Positions 1-64,000 of a DNA stretch of 64,000 nucleotides are shown one piece after another. The notes under the pieces are model-generated. The model saw only the letters and a list, made by a program, of their open reading frames with translations, ran no database searches and was not told the origin of the DNA. Numbering within the stretch: the stretch's first letter is position 1; each line of letters begins with the position of its first letter. Source of the stretch: Octopus sinensis (Eukaryota); NCBI RefSeq assembly GCF_006345805.1, contig NC_042998.1, forward strand, positions 8,804,001 through 8,868,000, written 5' to 3'. The position numbers were made by a program, and so were the translations under genes.

Positions 1-38
1 ATACACATACTCATACATACACACATACATATATCCAT

Positions 39-91
<53 letters not shown>

Positions 92-216
92 AATACACAC
101 ATACATACATGCCAACATGCAAGCACATGCACACATATATCTACACACATATATATAAAAAGGAATATACACCCCCATACACACACGCTCACATATATAT
201 ATATACACATATATAT

Positions 217-248
<32 letters not shown>

Positions 249-272
249 CTGGTATTTGTTCATATATATATA

Positions 273-550
273 TCATCATCATCATCATCATCGTTTAACG
301 TCCGTTCTCCATGCTAGCATGGGTTGGACGGTTCGACCGGGGATCTGGGAAGCCAGAAGGCTGCACCAGGCTCCAGTCTTATCTGGCAGGGTTTCTACAT
401 ATGGATGCCCTTCCTAACGCCAACCACTCCGTGAGTGTAGTGGGTGCTTTTTACGTGCCACCTGCACAGGTGCCAGGCGAGGCTGGCAACGGCCACGGTC
501 GGATTGGTGTATTTTATGTGCCACCGGCACGGAAGCCAGACGAGGCATGA
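273..550 (-). mobile_element. SINE / RTE 3'-tail repeat with (GAT)n tail
   Basis: Homologous to the 3' end of the RTE at ~10090-10290 and to copies at 17445 and 27355. Confidence 0.8.
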
Positions 551-683
551 ATGTTTTAACATGAATGTTTTAACATGCAATTTTAACCAACATTCAGAAA
601 GTTAATGAAAATTTTTAAAAACTGAAGAAAATCTACATTTTAAAATGGCTGGCGAGTATAAAAAATTATAGTTAAGGCTTGAT

Positions 684-736
684 TCAGCTCGACTCAACTT
701 TTGTTTGGTCAAGCACTATAAGGTTTTCACCAGTAG
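684..736 (-). CDS. Possible terminal coding exon (ATGENLIVLDQTKVESS*)
   Basis: In phase 1 after B2 and begins ACT GGT GAA like B1/B2, but the acceptor (gataaaag) is weak. Confidence 0.25.
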
Positions 737-879
737 CTTTTATCGTTTAATTCATTCATTATTTTCTTAACCCATGAAGAAATCATATTGCCAAATGTGT
801 TACGAGGAGGTCAATAAGGAATGCATGATTAAATGTCAAGATATCAAATGAATCTTTTTCAAAAGTATTGATTTTATTT

Positions 880-1710
880 AACACTTTAACCTTCTTCATA
901 TTCCATAGCCTTGTTATTTCGTACTTAAGAGGGTAGTATCTCTCACTGTTTTCGCCTTCCTTTTTGACAATTCCCGAGTCGAAGGAGCATGCAGTATCAA
1001 CTATATAGCACATAAGGTTCACCTTGTCCACTAACACCAGGTCCGGTCTGTCAAGCTCTAGCACCTGAACTATTTGGATTGGGGCATCCCAGAGGATTTT
1101 ACTAGTCTCAGACACCTCCATGTTCCCCGTTATGTGCTCATTCCACATCTTGCCTCTCTCTAGTCCCCACTTTTCGCACAGTTTCCAATGTAACATGTTC
1201 AGTACCTGATTGTGTGGCCACAACTGGTAATGTTTTGGGGCAGGTCTAGGGCATTCTTTCGTGATATGAGCAATGGTTTCATCGACTCTTTTACAGATTT
1301 CTCATTCCTAACGTTGACCCTGCGTTTCCTGGCCAAATCTTGGTCTTGCGCTGCCAGTATAGTGCTCTCTGTCTCTTTTATTAGTGTTCCTTTCATCAGT
1401 CAATCCCACCTATTTATTCCAGCAAATTCTGTTATGGTTAGATGGAATTCATTGTGTAGGCCCTTGTTGCTTAATTCTTCATATCCTTTTTGTAGTTCCT
1501 CCTTTATTTCCCTTTTTGCTCTGCTCTCAATACTCCCTCATCCTTAATTCTCATTAGCAAGATTTCCTTTCTTTCGGTGAGGTATCTCATTAAGCTCTCG
1601 ACTTCGATAAGCACTCAGTCTTCCACACTTATCAATCCGCTTCCTCCATTTGCTCTCTTCATGTATTGGCGATCAGTGTCCACACATGGAGGATGGGCTC
1701 CATGCAACGT
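880..1710 (-). mobile_element. Decayed RLE-type non-LTR retrotransposon (R4/Dong-like), 3' part
   Basis: Peptides ETESTILAAQDQ, LHWKLCEKW, ILWD...RPDLVLVDK, with stops and frameshifts. Confidence 0.75.
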
Positions 1711-1799
1711 TAGGGGCTTTCTAGACTTCATGTTAATCACCTTTAGCTTCTCCTCTGTCACAGGGTACGATCATGTCAATCTATTTACAGACTATATTG

Positions 1800-2270
1800 T
1801 TTTGGTCTTTCACAACAATATCTGGTTTATTTGCTTTGAGGGTCTGATCTGTACTACTGCAAAGACCAAAAGAATAGTTATATTTTCTGGCTCATTTACA
1901 GCCACAGGGTTGTGCTTATACCATTTGTCAAGTTTTAAGTTTATAGTGCCAACACATTATCCAATGTAGATATTGACCAACCCTGTCATTTCCTGATTTG
2001 TACACTACAGGTGCAAAAACTTTACATCCAGATATTAGCTGGTCCACTGTATCAATCTCACCTTTAGCCCTGATCTCTGTAGACACGAATAGTTGTGATT
2101 CTGGTTTACATCAGCTTGTTTGCTACGGGCCACATATTTGCCATGCTGAAGTTTTTCTTCCCACCCATCAGCCAATTGTTCAAACGCATTTGACTTTGCT
2201 ATTGATTTCACCTTCTTTGCAACTACAGCTTCCGCGCTTCCATCATGCTGTTCAACCTGATTATTATGCA
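1800..2270 (-). mobile_element. R4/Dong-like fragment
   Basis: LQHGKYVARSKQADVNQ matches the copy at 45904-46563. Confidence 0.7.
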
Positions 2271-2966
2271 TAGACTCACTAATATTATTATCATCATTAT
2301 TTTTATTATACACACAACAGATTAGGCTCTTGCAAAAGTAGGATTTCCGATATCGGGCTACAACATGACAAATATTCACCTGTCACGTTTCTTTCCATAA
2401 ATCAGACAGTCCTCCAGACAGAACGGAGGCTGAGCTTTCAGATATTTTCTTATCATGTTTTAAGAATAACCCAATACGATTACCATTAATTCCGAGAAAT
2501 TCTCACGTACAAGCAAGCATTGCTAGCAATAAGATTCAACGCAATGCATAGTAACGACGCAGTACTTTTCCTAATAATGACATGGGAACGAATCTCCTCA
2601 CAGCATCCGGACCACAGACAGATATCCAGTGATTGTGCATTTATTTAATGCTTGTCTGTGGCTCGTACGCGGCTGCCTAGTGTTAACCTGGCTTGCTTTA
2701 TCAGTATAAAAGAAGAACCAAAGAAATCACTCATTGATTTCATAAATGATATACAATGTGAAAATTATAAATAATAAAGGTGGCTTATTCGCAAATTTGC
2801 AAAAAAAAAGCAGAACAGTAGACCCGATAAAGTGACTAAGGGTCCAACATGTAGGATTTGTCATCCTCCACAATCATTGTATTAAAGCCACTTAAGAAAC
2901 TCATCCAACATTTATGCAATGCGCTTAATGTTTCCTCACAAGAAATTATCTTAAAGTGATTCCTAC

Positions 2967-59415
<56,449 letters not shown>

Positions 59416-60049
59416 TATCTGAAAATTAAAGAATTGTCAGCAGTTCAGAAATGAAAATATCTCAGTTAAAACATGACATACGATGGTTTCAAATTGTGGC
59501 ACAAGGCATGTAGTTTGAATGGAGGGGCTAAGTCGTTTAGATCGATCCCATTTTCACCTAGTACCTATTTTTAAACACCGAACAAATGAGAGGTAGAGTC
59601 GCCCTCAGCAGAATGTGAACTCAGGACATAAAGACGGATGAAATGACGTTGAGTATTTTGACCGGCGTGGTAACGATTCTGGTTTCAAATATTAGCACAA
59701 GGCCCGTAGTTTATGGGAGGACAAAAGATGGTTAGACCGACCCAAATGATTCAATGGTATTTATCTTATTCACTTCAAAATGCGTTAACATCTCGAGGTA
59801 AGGAGACACGTCAGAGGGGAGAGGAAGAGGCCTGACAGAATGACAATTTTCCCGTGCTCTGACAGACCCCTCATATGGGATGCCACATGCAAGCAGTTAC
59901 TAGTGAGGGTATAAGTTCATTATATCTATCCTAGTGTTCATGTGGTGCTTATTTTATCGGCGTCGAAATGATGGAAGGCAAATTCAACATCGGTAAAATT
60001 TGAACTCAGAAAGTGAAGACAGATGAATGTCGCTAACATTAGTGATAAC

Positions 60050-61650
60050 ATTCCTACTCCCTCCTACGGACGACACAAAACCCCCCAAAACCACTGGGCT
60101 ATCTCTTGTTTCATGACCATGTTCATAATACTTGCATCTCTCCTAAGAGAACGTATCAATTTCTCTATGAAAACAACATTGTTCCTCTTGAACAAAAATG
60201 GTGCAAAAGAAACGCATTCGGCTGCAAAGACCAGCTATGAATAAACTGCATGATACTCGAAAATTGCTCTTCCGAAAAACGAATTCGTAGCACAGTGTGG
60301 ATTGACTATCATAAGGCCTCTGACAGCACTAGATATCTACAAGGCCTCTCCTTTCTGAAAAGGTTTTCTGCAGTACAGTGTGCGACTGAGAACACAAAAT
60401 TATTTCTCAACCAAGAAAGAGGCTTGTATGTCTCAGAGAAAATCAAGTGATCATGGAATATTCCAGGGTGATTCACTCACACTTGTTCTCTTCTGTCCTT
60501 CGCTCACTCCATTGTCCGACGAGCTGAATAGAACAATCTACGATGTAAAATGTTGGACAAGATCATCTCACACTTATATGAAATTATACGCGAAAGATGA
60601 CAGGGATCTGAAAGGGCCACGAGTACCTGTGAGAAAATTCAGTGATGACATCAATATGGAATCTGGCATTGACAAGTGTGCAAAAGCGTCGATCAAACGT
60701 GGCAAACTGACTGCAAATACCGCCACACAAATTGATCGTGCTACAGCTATCAAGGAGCTGGAACAAGACGGCTCCTATAAGTATCTTGGGATACACGAAG
60801 AGAAAGGGGTTCAATGAAAGAGAACATCAGGAAAGAGTGTTATAGACGTATCAATATGGTTCTGAATAGAGAACTGAATTCTCAGAATTGATTTGCGTTT
60901 ACAAACTCCCTGACGGTATCAGTTGTCCATTAATGTCATCAAATGGAAGCTGAGTGAACTCGAGCGTATAGACATAAAGACTAGGAAACTGCTGATATCA
61001 AACAGGACGGACCACCCAAAATCCGACGTCCGACGGCTCTATCTCCCACGAAAGAAATTGGCAGAGACCTAGTCCAACTTAAAATATCCTATAAGACGAC
61101 CAAGATAGCAGTTGAAGTGTACATCCAAGGTAACACCGACTGGATGACACAGCTGGAAAATAAAACAACACGAACTGATCAAGGAACTGCATTCAATCTC
61201 AAAGAAGGCGTATAAATGCAGACGAGAGCTGACCCTCCCTGATAATGATCTTGAGAAGGAGGTTACAGATCCCATAAAGACAAGAGCCAAATAGGAATGC
61301 TTGTATGAAATATCAAGACGGAAAGAAAAGCGAACGTCAAGCACAATGAAGTAGACACAAAGTATAAACTCTACAGTGACATACTTGGCTCAGTCCTTGC
61401 CCCAACAGAATATAAAACCAGGGATGACCGAGTTGGCCAATACTTACACTGGAACGAATGCCGTCACAATGGTGTCGCACACCCTAAGAGCTCAGAGAGA
61501 GAATGTCACCGTCTTATGGGATTATGGGATACATAAATACATGCACACAAATGCCAACAGACACACATCGCCATCACAAACCAAAGCCAAAAGACATGCC
61601 TGTTGATGGAGATGACAGTGTCTAGTGATATAAACATCACAGCAAAGTTT
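60050..61650 (+). mobile_element. Decayed R4/Dong-like RT-RLE region
   Basis: WIDYHKASDS, GIFQGDSL, GIDKCAK, YKYLGI, VLWDYGI. Confidence 0.8.
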
Positions 61651-62359
61651 AGTTACTAGGAATTCATGCAATATCTTAAATGTTAACATCCTGTATATAT
61701 ACCCTGTGTGTCTCTATGTCTATGTACACAAATTTGTGTGTGTGAGTGTATATATATTGTCTTGGCTTAACAGACCTCATCGTTTTGTTTTTTACTGTTT
61801 TGTTCTCATTGTTCTGTCTTTTACTGTTTTTACTTTTTTATTGTTTTTACTGTTTTGTTCTCGCTGTCCTGTTCTTGTTACGTCTTTCACCCTCCGCAAA
61901 AAATCCCAAACTTTATTTAATTTGCTTTGCGGGAAGGATGTTTCAACGAAGCCGCGTCTTGTCCTTACATTCGTAACGCGGAGTAGACGAAACAGGGACA
62001 ACTGAAGAAGGAGAATATTCCTTGTGTTGTATGTCTTGTTTCTCTGTTTTTTTCGTTGTTTGAAAAAAATTAGCTTCTATGCTTTTGTTTTTATGTTTTC
62101 GTTTCTCATCGTGTTCAACGTCTTTCTTTGGTGTCCTGCACCCATATATACATGTATATATACATATATATGTGGGTATGTACATATATGTATGTATATA
62201 TGTATATATATGTATATATCTATATATAATTTATATCATTGTATATTTATAAATATATATATGTATATATATATGTATATATATGCATATATCTATTTAT
62301 ATATATTTATATAAATATGCATATATACATGCATATATGTATATATATATACTTATATA

Positions 62360-62439
<80 letters not shown>

Positions 62440-62764
62440 CATACTTATATATATATGCATATATCTATTTATATATATATATGTATATATAGTGTTATGT
62501 ATATCTATAATCAGTGCAAATGATATGGACCGTTTACACCATATCTTTGAACAATCAAGTACTGGACATTAAATTCTTTGGATATTTATCTATTTGCAAA
62601 TGGATCGCTAAGTTATCAATTATATTTTTTAATTGACTTATATAAAATACGTTTTTGTTACAATTTCATCCTTGATTGTTAATCCACTGATTTTACAATT
62701 TGGTCGTTGCGTTCAGAAGTTCACTTTTTTTTATACCTAAAATTTGCCTGATCGTGACAATACT

Positions 62765-62840
<76 letters not shown>

Positions 62841-62899
62841 AGTATTGTCACGATCAGGCAATGTATATATATATATATATATATATACATATATATATG

Positions 62900-64000
62900 C
62901 TCTGCTAAGAGCATGGACGATTGCTAGTGGCGATCCGCCGAACAACATCATCACTGCCGCGCTTAAGAACAATGGATTTCATAGAACCATTGACCAAATA
63001 GAACGAAAAAAAGGTGAATTTATCCGGTCTTACATGCTTATAAGACCACACATCAAAACATTGGATAACATAATTGAAAATTATTGTGGCAAGGCAGATG
63101 AGGATGAAGAGGACGAAAAAGAGAAGGAATCCGGAAGTCTCTGTGATCCAGGGGTTCCTCAGGAAAATGGATCACCTACCCCGGTGAACGACCAGGTAGT
63201 GAAGGATAGGGGAGCCAAGGGAGCAGAAACCGGAAGCCCTCCCCCTGTACCAGTGGTCCTACAAAGAAATGAGAAATTAGAAAAACAGAAGAAAAAAGGA
63301 AGGACCGAAAGCAAAAATAAGGAGGGAAAGGGAAGAAAAGGCAAACAATCAAAGCTGAAACCCCAACCCACCACACAAACAGCAGAGAACCCCATGGAGG
63401 ATCCAATGCCACCCAGTACACTTCAGGAAAGAAGAAATCTGGAAGGCACCGAAGAACCTGTAAATTCTACCTGCGGGGAAAATGTTGGCATGGGGAGGAC
63501 GGCAAAAACTGCCGGTTCACCCACCCGACACCCCGCCAGAACTTCAGGGGACTCAAAGAGAAGAGCTTTACTGAGGGAAGACAAGAAATGTCTCTCAGGA
63601 AAACTTTCAGAAAAGAAGCGTGCTCCTCAGATGTTCTCCGCAACGCAGCAGCTGAGCAAGAGTCTTTTTTATACATGGCGCAAAGAATTGTCCGGCAGCT
63701 AACCTGGCTACACCAACCACAGAGAAGCAACCCTACCCACCACTATGCAAGACCACCCCAGTCAACAGATACGGGATGACCTCCCCTAACACCTGCACAG
63801 CCGTCACCCCATTACTTTTACTAAATATTGGGGGCCTGTTGCATCAAAATAGAAACAAAATTTCATTCCTGGGAGATCTTACTGCATGCAATCAAGCCCT
63901 ATGCATAGAACTCAGAAATTCACCTCAGCCCTGATATAGAGGACGCAGAAGTACACATACCAAACTATGCCATACTGCAAATAGACAGAAGGGAAAGGAG
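62900..64000 (+). mobile_element. LINE 5' part: ORF1-like region and start of APE endonuclease (runs off the window)
   Basis: Charged ORF up to 63702, then LLLNIGGL...NKISFL...HLSPDIEDAEVHIPNY....DR. Confidence 0.7.

Noticed and set aside
61930-62025. Permuted hammerhead-like motif (GAAG...TC...CTGAAGA)
   Set aside because: The GAAA core is altered and stem II pairing is unconvincing; a similarly weak case lies near 31680-31720
62836-63702. 288-aa ORF as a host gene
   Set aside because: It starts in microsatellite and directly precedes an APE endonuclease start, so it is better explained as LINE ORF1

Overview
AT-rich, repeat-saturated animal genomic DNA. The SINE families and microsatellite load resemble an octopod cephalopod, but this is inference. 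Most long ORFs in the supplied track are microsatellite artefacts or decayed transposons: RTE, R4/Dong-like, CR1/L2-like and L1/Tx1-like LINEs, Penelope-like elements, Gypsy, Tc1/mariner and a Merlin-like element. Hidden among them on the minus strand is a ~56-kb multi-exon gene that I reconstructed by hand from ten small GT-AG exons (59415->2967). It encodes a ~350-aa type I membrane protein: signal peptide, one V-like and two tandemly duplicated C-like divergent Ig domains, a TM helix, and a tail of duplicated tyrosine-motif mini-exons. The exon phases match at every junction except one, where exon 3 is a single base short. The gene probably continues past the left edge of the window. The introns also hold at least nine type I hammerhead ribozyme motifs in Penelope-derived or retrozyme-like fold-back elements, several of them sense to the host pre-mRNA.
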